Assembly (NCBI GenBank): GCA_964016885.1
Contig: OZ024742.1
Coordinates: forward strand, 309,876,001-309,940,000
Reading direction: 5' to 3'
Source: Eledone cirrhosa
Taxonomy: Eukaryota
Length of the DNA stretch: 64,000 nt
Positions 9,158-20,500 of this stretch are shown here, piece by piece. A model generated the notes under the pieces. The model did not search any database and had not been told where the DNA came from. It worked only from the letters and a program-made list of their open reading frames with translations. How positions within the stretch are numbered: position 1 is the first letter of the stretch; each line of letters begins with the position of its first letter. The position numbers and the translations under genes were made by a program.

Positions 9158-12100
9158 TTGAGAGTTGGCTGTTTGAACGCGCGTGGCCTGGGCTCAGCTT
9201 GGAAGCAAGCAAAGCTTCTAAGTGACCTCAGGTCACAAAGTATAGATGTGATGGTTGTTTGCGAGAGTCGGATCAGCAGCGTGAGACAGCTGGCGCCCGC
9301 CTTCGATGACTTTGAGATGCACGCATCTCTCTGTCAACCCGGAGGCGGGGGGGGGGGAGTTGCCGTACTGCTGGATAAACGTCTGACTCTCGACGTACAG
9401 ATTGTTCACTCGGACCCGGGGGGTCGATTACTGGTGCTGGACGTCGGAGGCGGTGAAGGCGGGGCTTTCAGACTGGTCGGTCTTTATGCTCCCTTCGGGG
9501 CGGAAAGAGCCGACTTCTTCCAGCGTCTGGAGACTTTTCTAGGAACGTCGCGTTCCCTGCTTTTAGTGGGGGACTGGAATGGAATCCTAGATGCGCGTTG
9601 GGACTATGCAGGGGCATGTCCCGATAGAGGGGGGTGTAGCAGCCTCAAGGGGTTACTCGATCGATTCGACCTGGTCGATAGATTTCGACTAGATTGTCCA
9701 ACTGCGCCAACCTGGACCTGGGCAAACCGCAGTGGACAATCTAGATCGTACCTAGATAGGTTTTTGGTTAGGAGTAAGGATAGGGACGTATTTAGTTGTC
9801 CAGAACTGATCATGGTTGGCTATTCAGATCACAAATTAGTGACCTGCGTGGTCAACCTTGATAGAACGCATAGACAGGGTCCCGGTTACTGGAAGATGAA
9901 CTTGTCCTTACCGACAAAGAAAGATTACAGAAACCGGATTAGTAGCTTAGTTAAGATGCGGTTGACGGGAGCGATCGTCAACAGTAGGTGGTGGATATCT
10001 CTAAAGAGAGAGATTAGAGTAAGTTCGATAGGTTACAGTAAGGAACTAGCGGCGAATAGAAATAGGAGGGAAAGGGAGTTAACAGATAAACTAGAAGAGG
10101 CGATTAGGAGCAGAGACGTAGCCAGAGTGTTAGCGACGAGAACGGCATTGAGCCAGTTCTTTGACGCGAAGCACGAAGGCTGCGTTGTCCGAAGTAAAAT
10201 ACGTGCTTTAGGAAACGAGGGGACCAAAGCTGTTAGCTGGGCCCGCGTGACAGAAGCCAAGAGTGGGATTAAATCCACCATTCGGTCTTTGCGAGACCAG
10301 GATGGACGGGTGATCCTTGAACCTGAGCGAATGTGCGAGACCTTTCAAAGGCACTTTGCTCGACTGTTCGGAGGTGGCGGGGGGCCGGACGGGGATGTGG
10401 ACTTCGGTCCATACCTCGACGGTCTACCGCGTCTTTCGAGCGGCGAAGCGGAGTGCTGCGAAAGGCCAATCACAGCCACTGAAATCGGGGAAGCGCTCAG
10501 CCAATGCAGCAGACGCAAATCCCCGGGTCTCGATGGTCTACCATACGAACTTTATTTAGCTATGCCGGTCTTGTTCTCCGAACTCCTCGAGGCTGTCTAT
10601 TGCAACTGGCAACAGAACGGGAGAATTCCCTGTTCTGTGACCAAGGGCGTGGTCACGCTAGTGAGGAAGGACGAGAGCAAGGGGGACGACTTAAGTAACT
10701 TTAGGCCCATAACTCTGCTGAATGCAGAGTTACAGATTTTGGCCAAGGTGTTGGCGAAGAGGTTGGCGCTTGTGGAGGGTGGTTTGGTGGGAGACGCGCA
10801 GACATGCGCTATCCCGTCCAGCTCCATTCACGACAACCTCCACCTCATGCGATACATCATAGAGAGGGTTGGCTACGAACCCGGCTTTGGTGGGGCCCTG
10901 ATCAACTTGGATCAATCTAAGGCGTTCGATAGGGTCGACCATGGTTACCTGGATGCGGTGCTAGCGGCGGCGGGCTTCGGACCCGTTTTCAGGGGCTGGA
11001 TTTCTGCCATGCACAGTGGCAACATCTACTCTAGGATTAAAGTAAACGGCTACCTCTCGGAGCCGTTTCAAATCACCCGATCCATCAGACAGGGGTGCCC
11101 CCTCTCCTCCCTTCTGTACGTATTGACTCTCGAGCCACTGCTGCGGAAGTTGGAGTTGCTGCGGGGCATACCCCTGGAACCGGGATTGCACAAAGCGGTC
11201 TCGGCCTATGCCGACGACGTAACAGTAATGGTGGCGGACGCCTCGGAAATCGGGGCAATCGCCACCCTACTGGAGGAATACGAAAGGCTGACGGGGGCTA
11301 AGCTGAACCAGGACAAGTCAGTCGGTTTGCAACTCGGAACGTGGAGGGGCAAACCGATGCCGTTAGACGGTGTCGTCGGGCGGTGGACGGAGGGCCCGGT
11401 GAAGCTGCTCGGGGTCTGGTTCGGACCGGACCTCCAGGTGGAGAAGAATTGGGGCGAGGTGACGAGCAGGGTGTTTGCGCTGACCCAGAAGTGGGCCAAG
11501 TGCAAACTATCACTGAAAGGTCGGGCGGAGGTGACGAACGCTTACATAGCGTCCGTCATCTACTACCGCCTGACCGTCGTGCCTTGCCCCAAGGAAAAGC
11601 TCACCATCATGGAACGCATGCTCTTCCAGTTCCTCTGGAAGAAGCGGCCTCCCATGGTGAGGAGATCCATCTGCTGCCAGCACCCTTCGAAAGGAGGGCT
11701 GGGTATGCCGTGGCTGTTGATGCGTAGGCACGCATTGAGGCTACGGCATCTACAGGTATTCCTCAACGGTCAGCCGGTGTGGGCCCCGTTTGTGAGGCGA
11801 GCCTTCCCACAGCTCGTCTCGCTCACCGAACTGCAATCCTGGGTGAAGCAAAGACCGAGAAAACTGGGCAACTGGCACACCGAGTGTGCCCAGGCGCTCA
11901 CGGCTATTTGGCAAGCGGACCCGACTGTCAGTGGAGAATCCACCTCGACATTCTATAGAGGGTTGGTGGCTAGCAGGGGCGACGACACCCTTGGAGAGTC
12001 GCTAGGCATGGAGGAGGACGAACTGGCCAGCCTGTTCGGTAGAACTTTCGGCCCGGGACCCATGGACAACTTCCAGAGGTCCCTAGCCTGGCAGTGTTAC

Positions 12101-12589
12101 CGGGGGGCTCTGCCCGTTCGAGAAAAGCTCTACAGACACGGGCGCCCGGGCAGGGATCCCGCGAAAAAGATCTGTCCCAGATGCGTGCGCGACGAGGAAA
12201 CCGTTGCGCATGCACTGGTACACTGCCCGGGCGTTGCCGATCTGTGGGGCTACGTCGAACGACTGCTGTCGCGTGTGGCGCCGATTCGATTAACCGCCGA
12301 GTCTGTGGTGAACATCAAGCCGCCTCCTCCCTTCAGAAATGAAGCAGAGGCGGTCTTTCTGTGCGTAATAGCCATGATGAAAGAGGTTGTGTGGTGGACG
12401 CGCCTGAAAGGTCTGAGGTCGGGTGACTTTCTCTCCGGCCATCACCTGGTTTACTTCTTCCGATACCACTTCGGAAGAAGAATCAGGATGGAGAGAGAAG
12501 TGCTTGGTCCCAGACAGTTTTATGAAAGGTGGGTGAAAGAAGCGAGAATGGCCCGTGTAAATGGGCCTTCTCTCTACATTGTTCTGTAG
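9158..12589 (+). CDS. ORF2p EN-RT-ZnF (copy 2)
   Basis: Intact 1143-aa ORF with the same motifs as copy 1. Confidence 0.95.
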   Translation: MRVGCLNARGLGSAWKQAKLLSDLRSQSIDVMVVCESRISSVRQLAPAFDDFEMHASLCQPGGGGGGVAVLLDKRLTLDVQIVHSDPGGRLLVLDVGGGEGGAFRLVGLYAPFGAERADFFQRLETFLGTSRSLLLVGDWNGILDARWDYAGACPDRGGCSSLKGLLDRFDLVDRFRLDCPTAPTWTWANRSGQSRSYLDRFLVRSKDRDVFSCPELIMVGYSDHKLVTCVVNLDRTHRQGPGYWKMNLSLPTKKDYRNRISSLVKMRLTGAIVNSRWWISLKREIRVSSIGYSKELAANRNRRERELTDKLEEAIRSRDVARVLATRTALSQFFDAKHEGCVVRSKIRALGNEGTKAVSWARVTEAKSGIKSTIRSLRDQDGRVILEPERMCETFQRHFARLFGGGGGPDGDVDFGPYLDGLPRLSSGEAECCERPITATEIGEALSQCSRRKSPGLDGLPYELYLAMPVLFSELLEAVYCNWQQNGRIPCSVTKGVVTLVRKDESKGDDLSNFRPITLLNAELQILAKVLAKRLALVEGGLVGDAQTCAIPSSSIHDNLHLMRYIIERVGYEPGFGGALINLDQSKAFDRVDHGYLDAVLAAAGFGPVFRGWISAMHSGNIYSRIKVNGYLSEPFQITRSIRQGCPLSSLLYVLTLEPLLRKLELLRGIPLEPGLHKAVSAYADDVTVMVADASEIGAIATLLEEYERLTGAKLNQDKSVGLQLGTWRGKPMPLDGVVGRWTEGPVKLLGVWFGPDLQVEKNWGEVTSRVFALTQKWAKCKLSLKGRAEVTNAYIASVIYYRLTVVPCPKEKLTIMERMLFQFLWKKRPPMVRRSICCQHPSKGGLGMPWLLMRRHALRLRHLQVFLNGQPVWAPFVRRAFPQLVSLTELQSWVKQRPRKLGNWHTECAQALTAIWQADPTVSGESTSTFYRGLVASRGDDTLGESLGMEEDELASLFGRTFGPGPMDNFQRSLAWQCYRGALPVREKLYRHGRPGRDPAKKICPRCVRDEETVAHALVHCPGVADLWGYVERLLSRVAPIRLTAESVVNIKPPPPFRNEAEAVFLCVIAMMKEVVWWTRLKGLRSGDFLSGHHLVYFFRYHFGRRIRMEREVLGPRQFYERWVKEARMARVNGPSLYIVL

Positions 12590-13024
12590 GTGAAGAAGTG
12601 AAGAGGAAAGGGGGAGCGCCTCCTCTCTGGGCTTCCCCCGCGAAAAGAGTTGCACACTTTTCGGGGGTATGTGCAATCCCCAACACGCCCCCTCCCTTTT
12701 GAGGACTTTTATTGTTATATTATTATTGTTATTCCTTTTTTTACTCGATTTATGTAAACTCCCCCACTGTGTAAATGTCCCCTTCTTCTGTGCCCTCGTG
12801 GCAAATAAATAGAAATTTATCTTGATAGAGTAAGACACGCTTCACATCGGCTCCGCTATTCCATCAGGATTTACCCTTACTATTGTAAGTACCGGATAAA
12901 TTTTTCAGTGCAACACATTTGGAACACTAACCCCTGTTTTTTAGGGAAACATTTTTGCATTTACCCCCTTTTTAGGGGGTAAAATAAATATCTATTTTTG
13001 CCGAAAAATTTCTTTCTTGGCAGC

Positions 13025-14791
13025 ATGGCGGAAAAGATGGCAGACATGTCTGCCATTAGCTCTGCCACGCCCCCCAAGTCTGAAGAACAAAAAATAATTA
13101 CAACAAAATTAGACAATGAAACAAACAAAGAAAATGAAAAAACAAATGTTAAGGAAAATGAGCAAACAGAAAACAAACAAACAGAAAATAATACAAATAA
13201 CAACAGGGCAACTTTCGCCCAGAAAACAAAACAATCCATTACATACACACCAATTGACCTAACTGCCGCCAGAGAAAAACTGGCCGAAGCAAAGAAACAC
13301 ATTGTTTTGGGGGAGAACGGAATGTTTTCCATTAACTCCCCCCCAGAATTCAAGAAAGCCAGAGCAGAAAACACAGTTCTCTACAGAACTATACTGAACC
13401 AGACAAGAAAGCCAGCACAGCCCAGCCAAATGGAAATAGAGTTAGTCCTAAAAGACTATATGAAGAATATTCTCTTCATACGAAAGGACCGACTCTATGG
13501 CATTTCGGTCCTAACAAGAGACAAGGAAACGGCGGAGAAGCTTTCCTTAAGCCCACTCTCATCGACAACATATAGCTTCTATCCCTCCTACATGGGTAGA
13601 AGAACACAGAGAGTAAAAGTAAAAACAATGCTGCCCACAATGGACTTCTGGTGGGCTATTGCTGGCTTCATTGATATGGGCGAAGACACAATGCTGTCAA
13701 TGGGGAAGGCAACTGGAGATGCGTTCCTGGGAATGGGCCTCGACATACTAGTCCAAATGAGGCCCGAAAGAATAGCACAAATCCCGGATCACATCTGGCT
13801 GGATGACCTTACCCCAATAGACATAATTGTAGAGGGGAGAAGACCAGCATGCTATTTATGCATGGAAAGGGGACACGTTAAGGCTAACTGCCCGAAACGT
13901 ATCCCCCAAAAAGGACTATTGCCCACACCCACCACAAACAGTACACCAGCACCACCCACCTCCAAAAATACACTAATACCACACACAGCAAACAAAATAC
14001 AGACACCACCAACCACAAACACAACACAAACATCACCACCACCATCACCAACCACAAGCACGACACAAACATTACCACCACCACCACCACAAAACCCATT
14101 CCAAACAAATAATAAAAAAAACAGTAACAAATCTACCCCTCCCGCAAAAAAAAAACAACCACACAACACGTCCCTCCCACCTAGCGCTGAAGAGTTTCCC
14201 CCAACTTCTGAAGAAGAAGGAGGAGAAGCCTTCAGACAAGTTAAAAGAAAAAAAAGAAAACACACACCCAGCACACCACAAATAACCCACACACAAACAC
14301 CAACTCCAATCAAAAACACCCCACCCTCAACAAACAAAAATAAATCTGCGCCTCCCCTCTCCGAAACATTGACAGCATCACAAAAAAAGACGTTGCAATA
14401 CACATATATAAATAAAGAAAACAAAAAACTGGTTAAATTAATAAACAATAACCCTATGGTGCAGACCGAAGGGCCAAACTTTATCTCAACAGAGAACTTC
14501 ACCCATTTAAAAATGATAAATGTCCCTCTGGACCTTTATCGTTCCTTAAAAGAACAATTTAGACGGGACGTGAGCCCCCCCTGTTTAAAACCGTTGAATC
14601 GCGTCCTCTTGAAAGATTTCCCCATAACCGCCCCTCTCCCTGACACAACTCCAAATACCCCAACCCCACCACACACGTGTACCCCCACACCACCACAAAA
14701 CATCCCTCCACCCAACACACCTGATGCCATGGAAATTACGCAACCCGGAGAGGTAAGTGCTTTTCTTTCTTCACTTTCAACACCAAAATAG
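13025..14791 (+). CDS. ORF1p (copy 3)
   Basis: Intact; has a 3-nt deletion (YGISV versus YGSISV). Confidence 0.88.
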   Translation: MAEKMADMSAISSATPPKSEEQKIITTKLDNETNKENEKTNVKENEQTENKQTENNTNNNRATFAQKTKQSITYTPIDLTAAREKLAEAKKHIVLGENGMFSINSPPEFKKARAENTVLYRTILNQTRKPAQPSQMEIELVLKDYMKNILFIRKDRLYGISVLTRDKETAEKLSLSPLSSTTYSFYPSYMGRRTQRVKVKTMLPTMDFWWAIAGFIDMGEDTMLSMGKATGDAFLGMGLDILVQMRPERIAQIPDHIWLDDLTPIDIIVEGRRPACYLCMERGHVKANCPKRIPQKGLLPTPTTNSTPAPPTSKNTLIPHTANKIQTPPTTNTTQTSPPPSPTTSTTQTLPPPPPQNPFQTNNKKNSNKSTPPAKKKQPHNTSLPPSAEEFPPTSEEEGGEAFRQVKRKKRKHTPSTPQITHTQTPTPIKNTPPSTNKNKSAPPLSETLTASQKKTLQYTYINKENKKLVKLINNNPMVQTEGPNFISTENFTHLKMINVPLDLYRSLKEQFRRDVSPPCLKPLNRVLLKDFPITAPLPDTTPNTPTPPHTCTPTPPQNIPPPNTPDAMEITQPGEVSAFLSSLSTPK

Positions 14792-14796
14792 ATCAA

Positions 14797-17700
14797 TTGA
14801 GAGTTGGCTGTTTGAACGCGCGTGGCCTGGGCTCAGCTTGGAAGCAAGCAAAGCTTCTAAGTGACCTCAGGTCACAAAGTATAGATGTGATGGTTGTTTG
14901 CGAGAGTCGGATCAGCAGCGTGAGACAGCTGGCGCCCGCCTTCGATGACTTTGAGATGCACGCATCTCTCTGTCAACCCGGAGGCGGGGGGGGGGGGGGA
15001 GTTGCCGTACTGCTGGATAAACGTCTGACTCTCGACGTACAGATTGTTCACTCGGACCCGGGGGGTCGATTACTGGTGCTGGACGTCGGAGGCGGTGAAG
15101 GCGGGGCTTTCAGACTGGTCGGTCTTTATGCTCCCTTCGGGGCGGAAAGAGCCGACTTCTTCCAGCGTCTGGAGACTTTTCTAGGAACGTCGCGTTCCCT
15201 GCTTTTAGTGGGGGACTGGAATGGAATCCTAGATGCGCGTTGGGACTATGCAGGGGCATGTCCCGATAGAGGGGGGTGTAGCAGCCTCAAGGGGTTACTC
15301 GATCGATTCGACCTGGTCGATAGATTTCGACTAGATTGTCCAACTGCGCCAACCTGGACCTGGGCAAACCGCAGTGGACAATCTAGATCGTACCTAGATA
15401 GGTTTTTGGTTAGGAGTAAGGATAGGGACGTATTTAGTTGTCCAGAACTGATCATGGTTGGCTATTCAGATCACAAATTAGTGACCTGCGTGGTCAACCT
15501 TGATAGAACGCATAGACAGGGTCCCGGTTACTGGAAGATGAACTTGTCCTTACCGACAAAGAAAGATTACAGAAACCGGATTAGTAGCTTAGTTAAGATG
15601 CGGTTGACGGGAGCGATCGTCAACAGTAGGTGGTGGATATCTCTAAAGAGAGAGATTAGAGTAAGTTCGATAGGTTACAGTAAGGAACTAGCGGCGAATA
15701 GAAATAGGAGGGAAAGGGAGTTAACAGATAAACTAGAAGAGGCGATTAGGAGCAGAGACGTAGCCAGAGTGTTAGCGACGAGAACGGCATTGAGCCAATT
15801 CTTTGACGCGAAGCACGAAGGCTGCGTTGTCCGAAGTAAAATACGTGCTTTAGGAAACGAGGGGACCAAAGCTGTTAGCTGGGCCCGCGTGACAGAAGCC
15901 AAGAGTGGGATTAAATCCACCATTCGGTCTTTGCGAGACCAGGATGGACGGGTGATCCTTGAACCTGAGCGAATGTGCGAGACCTTTCAAAGGCACTTTG
16001 CTCGACTGTTCGGAGGTGGCGGGGGGCCGGACGGGGATGTGGACTTCGGTCCATACCTCGACGGTCTACCGCGTCTTTCGAGCGGCGAAGCGGAGTGCTG
16101 CGAAAGGCCAATCACAGCCACTGAAATCGGGGAAGCGCTCAGCCAATGCAGCAGACGCAAATCCCCGGGTCTCGATGGTCTACCATACGAACTTTATTTA
16201 GCTATGCCGGTCTTGTTCTCCGAACTCCTCGAGGCTGTCTATTGCAACTGGCAACAGAACGGGAGAATTCCCTGTTCTGTGACCAAGGGCGTGGTCACGC
16301 TAGTGAGGAAGGACGAGAGCAAGGGGGACGACTTAAGTAACTTTAGGCCCATAACTCTGCTGAATGCAGAGTTACAGATTTTGGCCAAGGTGTTGGCGAA
16401 GAGGTTGGCGCTTGTGGAGGGTGGTTTGGTGGGAGACGCGCAGACATGCGCTATCCCGTCCAGGTCCATTCACGACAACCTCCACCTCATGCGATACATC
16501 ATAGAGAGGGTTGGCTACGAACCCGGCTTTGGTGGGGCCCTGATCAACTTGGATCAATCTAAGGCGTTCGATAGGGTCGACCATGGTTACCTGGATGCGG
16601 TGCTAGCGGCGGCGGGCTTCGGACCCGTTTTCAGGGGCTGGATTTCTGCCATGCACAGTGGCAACATCTACTCTAGGATTAAAGTAAACGGCTACCTCTC
16701 GGAGCCGTTTCAAATCACCCGATCCATCAGACAGGGGTGCCCCCTCTCCTCCCTTCTGTACGTATTGACTCTCGAGCCACTGCTGCGGAAGTTGGAGTTG
16801 CTGCGGGGCATACCCCTGGAACCGGGATTGCACAAAGCGGTCTCGGCCTATGCCGACGACGTAACAGTAATGGTGGCGGACGCCTCGGAAATCGGGGCAA
16901 TCGCCACCCTACTGGAGGAATACGAAAGGCTGACGGGGGCTAAGCTGAACCAGGACAAGTCAGTCGGTTTGCAACTCGGAACGTGGAGGGGCAAACCGAT
17001 GCCGTTAGACGGTGTCGTCGGGCGGTGGACGGAGGGCCCGGTGAAGCTGCTCGGGGTCTGGTTCGGACCGGACCTCCAGGTGGAGAAGAATTGGGGCGAG
17101 GTGACGAGCAGGGTGTTTGCGCTGACCCAGAAGTGGGCCAAGTGCAAACTATCACTGAAAGGTCGGGCGGAGGTGACGAACGCTTACATAGCGTCCGTCA
17201 TCTACTACCGCCTGACCGTCGTGCCTTGCCCCAAGGAAAAGCTCACCATCATGGAACGCATGCTCTTCCAGTTCCTCTGGAAGAAGCGGCCTCCCATGGT
17301 GAGGAGATCCATCTGCTGCCAGCACCCTTCGAAAGGAGGGCTGGGTATGCCGTGGCTGTTGATGCGTAGGCACGCATTGAGGCTACGGCATCTACAGGTA
17401 TTCCTCAACGGTCAGCCGGTGTGGGCCCCGTTTGTGAGGCGAGCCTTCCCACAGCTCGTCTCGCTCACCGAACTGCAATCCTGGGTGAAGCAAAGACCGA
17501 GAAAACTGGGCAACTGGCACACCGAGTGTGCCCAGGCGCTCACGGCTATTTGGCAAGCGGACCCGACTGTCAGTGGAGAATCCACCTCGACATTCTATAG
17601 AGGGTTGGTGGCTAGCAGGGGCGACGACACCCTTGGAGAGTCGCTAGGCATGGAGGAGGACGAACTGGCCAGCCTGTTCGGTAGAACTTTCGGCCCGGGA

Positions 17701-18231
17701 CCCATGGACAACTTCCAGAGGTCCCTAGCCTGGCAGTGTTACCGGGGGGCTCTGCCCGTTCGAGAAAAGCTCTACAGACACGGGCGCCCGGGCAGGGATC
17801 CCGCGAAAAAGATCTGTCCCAGATGCGTGCGCGACGAGGAAACCGTTGCGCATGCACTGGTACACTGCCCGGGCGTTGCCGATCTGTGGGGCTACGTCGA
17901 ACGACTGCTGTCGCGTGTGGCGCCGATTCGATTAACCGCCGAGTCTGTGGTGAACATCAAGCCGCCTCCTCCCTTCAGAAATGAAGCAGAGGCGGTCTTT
18001 CTGTGCGTAATAGCCATGATGAAAGAGGTTGTGTGGTGGACGCGCCTGAAAGGTCTGAGGTCGGGTGACTTTCTCTCCGGCCATCACCTGGTTTACTTCT
18101 TCCGATACCACTTCGGAAGAAGAATCAGGATGGAGAGAGAAGTGCTTGGTCCCAGACAGTTTTATGAAAGGTGGGTGAAAGAAGCGAGAATGGCCCGTGT
18201 AAATGGGCCTTCTCTCTACATTGTTCTGTAG
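14797..18231 (+). CDS. ORF2p EN-RT-ZnF (copy 3)
   Basis: Intact 1144-aa ORF. Confidence 0.95.
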   Translation: MRVGCLNARGLGSAWKQAKLLSDLRSQSIDVMVVCESRISSVRQLAPAFDDFEMHASLCQPGGGGGGGVAVLLDKRLTLDVQIVHSDPGGRLLVLDVGGGEGGAFRLVGLYAPFGAERADFFQRLETFLGTSRSLLLVGDWNGILDARWDYAGACPDRGGCSSLKGLLDRFDLVDRFRLDCPTAPTWTWANRSGQSRSYLDRFLVRSKDRDVFSCPELIMVGYSDHKLVTCVVNLDRTHRQGPGYWKMNLSLPTKKDYRNRISSLVKMRLTGAIVNSRWWISLKREIRVSSIGYSKELAANRNRRERELTDKLEEAIRSRDVARVLATRTALSQFFDAKHEGCVVRSKIRALGNEGTKAVSWARVTEAKSGIKSTIRSLRDQDGRVILEPERMCETFQRHFARLFGGGGGPDGDVDFGPYLDGLPRLSSGEAECCERPITATEIGEALSQCSRRKSPGLDGLPYELYLAMPVLFSELLEAVYCNWQQNGRIPCSVTKGVVTLVRKDESKGDDLSNFRPITLLNAELQILAKVLAKRLALVEGGLVGDAQTCAIPSRSIHDNLHLMRYIIERVGYEPGFGGALINLDQSKAFDRVDHGYLDAVLAAAGFGPVFRGWISAMHSGNIYSRIKVNGYLSEPFQITRSIRQGCPLSSLLYVLTLEPLLRKLELLRGIPLEPGLHKAVSAYADDVTVMVADASEIGAIATLLEEYERLTGAKLNQDKSVGLQLGTWRGKPMPLDGVVGRWTEGPVKLLGVWFGPDLQVEKNWGEVTSRVFALTQKWAKCKLSLKGRAEVTNAYIASVIYYRLTVVPCPKEKLTIMERMLFQFLWKKRPPMVRRSICCQHPSKGGLGMPWLLMRRHALRLRHLQVFLNGQPVWAPFVRRAFPQLVSLTELQSWVKQRPRKLGNWHTECAQALTAIWQADPTVSGESTSTFYRGLVASRGDDTLGESLGMEEDELASLFGRTFGPGPMDNFQRSLAWQCYRGALPVREKLYRHGRPGRDPAKKICPRCVRDEETVAHALVHCPGVADLWGYVERLLSRVAPIRLTAESVVNIKPPPPFRNEAEAVFLCVIAMMKEVVWWTRLKGLRSGDFLSGHHLVYFFRYHFGRRIRMEREVLGPRQFYERWVKEARMARVNGPSLYIVL

Positions 18232-18666
18232 GTGAAGAAGTGAAGAGGAAAGGGGGAGCGCCTCCTCTCTGGGCTTCCCCCGCGAAAAGAGTTGCACACT
18301 TTTCGGGGGTATGTGCAATCCCCAACACGCCCCCTCCCTTTTGAGGACTTTTATTGTTATATTATTATTGTTATTCCTTTTTTTACTCGATTTATGTAAA
18401 CTCCCCCACTGTGTAAATGTCCCCTTCTTCTGTGCCCTCGTGGCAAATAAATAGAAATTTATCTTGATAGAGTAAGACACGCTTCACATCGGCTCCGCTA
18501 TTCCATCAGGATTTACCCTTACTATTGTAAGTACCGGATAAATTTTTCAGTGCAACACATTTGGAACACTAACCCCTGTTTTTTAGGGAAACATTTTTGC
18601 ATTTACCCCCTTTTTAGGGGGTAAAATAAATATCTATTTTTGCCGAAAAATTTCTTTCTTGGCAGC

Positions 18667-20495
18667 ATGGCGGAAAAGATGGCAGACATGTCTGCCATTA
18701 GCTCTGCCACGCCCCCCAAGTCTGAAGAACAAAAAATAATTACAACAAAATTAGACAATGAAACAAACAAAGAAAATGAAAAAACAAATGTTAAGGAAAA
18801 TGAGCAAACAGAAAACAAACAAACAGAAAATAATACAAATAACAACAGGGCAACTTTCGCCCAGAAAACAAAACAATCCATTACATACACACCAATTGAC
18901 CTAACTGCCGCCAGAGAAAAACTGGCCGAAGCAAAGAAACACATTGTTTTGGGGGAGAACGGAATGTTTTCCATTAACTCCCCCCCAGAATTCAAGAAAG
19001 CCAGAGCAGAAAACACAGTTCTCTACAGAACTATACTGAACCAGACAAGAAAGCCAGCACAGCCCAGCCAAATGGAAATAGAGTTAGTCCTAAAAGACTA
19101 TATGAAGAATATTCTCTTCATACGAAAGGACCGACTCTATGGCATTTCGGTCCTAACAAGAGACAAGGAAACGGCGGAGAAGCTTTCCTTAAGCCCACTC
19201 TCATCGACAACATATAGCTTCTATCCCTCCTACATGGGTAGAAGAACACAGAGAGTAAAAGTAAAAACAATGCTGCCCACAATGGACTTCTGGTGGGCTA
19301 TTGCTGGCTTCATTGATATGGGCGAAGACACAATGCTGTCAATGGGGAAGGCAACTGGAGATGCGTTCCTGGGAATGGGCCTCGACATACTAGTCCAAAT
19401 GAGGCCCGAAAGAATAGCACAAATCCCGGATCGCATCTGGCTGGATGACCTTACCCCAATAGACATAATTGTAGAGGGGAGAAGACCAGCATGCTATTTA
19501 TGCATGGAAAGGGGACACGTTAAGGCTAACTGCCCGAAACGTATCCCCCAAAAAGGACTATTGCCCACACCCACCACAAACAGTACACCAACACCACCCA
19601 CCTCCAAAAATACACTAATACCACACACAGCAAACAAAATACAGACACCACCAACCACAAACACAACACAAACATCACCACCACCAGCACCAAACACAAG
19701 CACGACACAAAAATCACCACCACCAACCACAACACAAACATCACCACCACCATCACCAACCACAAGCACGACACAAACATTACCACCACCACCACAAAAC
19801 CCATTCCAAACAAATAATAAAAAAACAGTAACAAATCTACCCCTCTCGCAAAAAAAAACAACCACACAACACGTCCCTCCCACCTAGCGCTGAAGAGTTT
19901 CCCCCAACTTCTGAAGAAGAAGGAGGAGAAGCCTTCAGACAAGTTAAAAGAAAAAAAAGAAAACACACACCCAGCACACCACAAATAACCCACACACAAA
20001 CACCAACTCCAATCAAAAACACCCCACCCTCAACAAACAAAAATAAATCTGCGCCTCCCCTCTCCGAAACATTGACAGCATCACAAAAAAAGACGTTGCA
20101 ATACACATATATAAATAAAGAAAACAAAAAACTGGTTAAATTAATAAACAATAACCCTATGGTGCAGACCGAAGGGCCAAACTTTATCTCAACAGAGAAC
20201 TTCACCCATTTAAAAATGATAAAGGTCCCTCTGGACCTTTATCGTTCCTTAAAAGAACAATTTAGACGGGACGGGAGCCCCCCCCTGTTTAAAACCGTTG
20301 AATCGCGTCCTCTTGAAAGATTTCCCCATAACCGCCCCTCTCCCTGACACAACTCCAAATACCCCAACCCCACCACACACGTGTACCCCCACACCACCAC
20401 AAAACATCCCTCCACCCAACACACCTGATGCCATGGAAATTACACAACCCGGAGAGGTAAGTGCTTTTCTTTCTTCACTTTCAACACCAAAATAG
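18667..20495 (+). pseudogene. ORF1 of copy 4, frameshifted
   Basis: Split into 18640-19887, 20072-20347 and 20298-20495 by single-base indels in A and C homopolymers; these could be real or sequencing errors. Confidence 0.75.
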
Positions 20496-20500
20496 ATCAA

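Larger units (their letters stand above)
7181..12822 (+). mobile_element. Full-length Tx1-like LINE, copy 2
   Basis: Near-identical to copy 1; joined to copy 3 through TATCT. Confidence 0.93.
12823..18464 (+). mobile_element. Full-length Tx1-like LINE, copy 3
   Basis: Bounded by TATCT junctions on both sides; 5642-bp period. Confidence 0.93.
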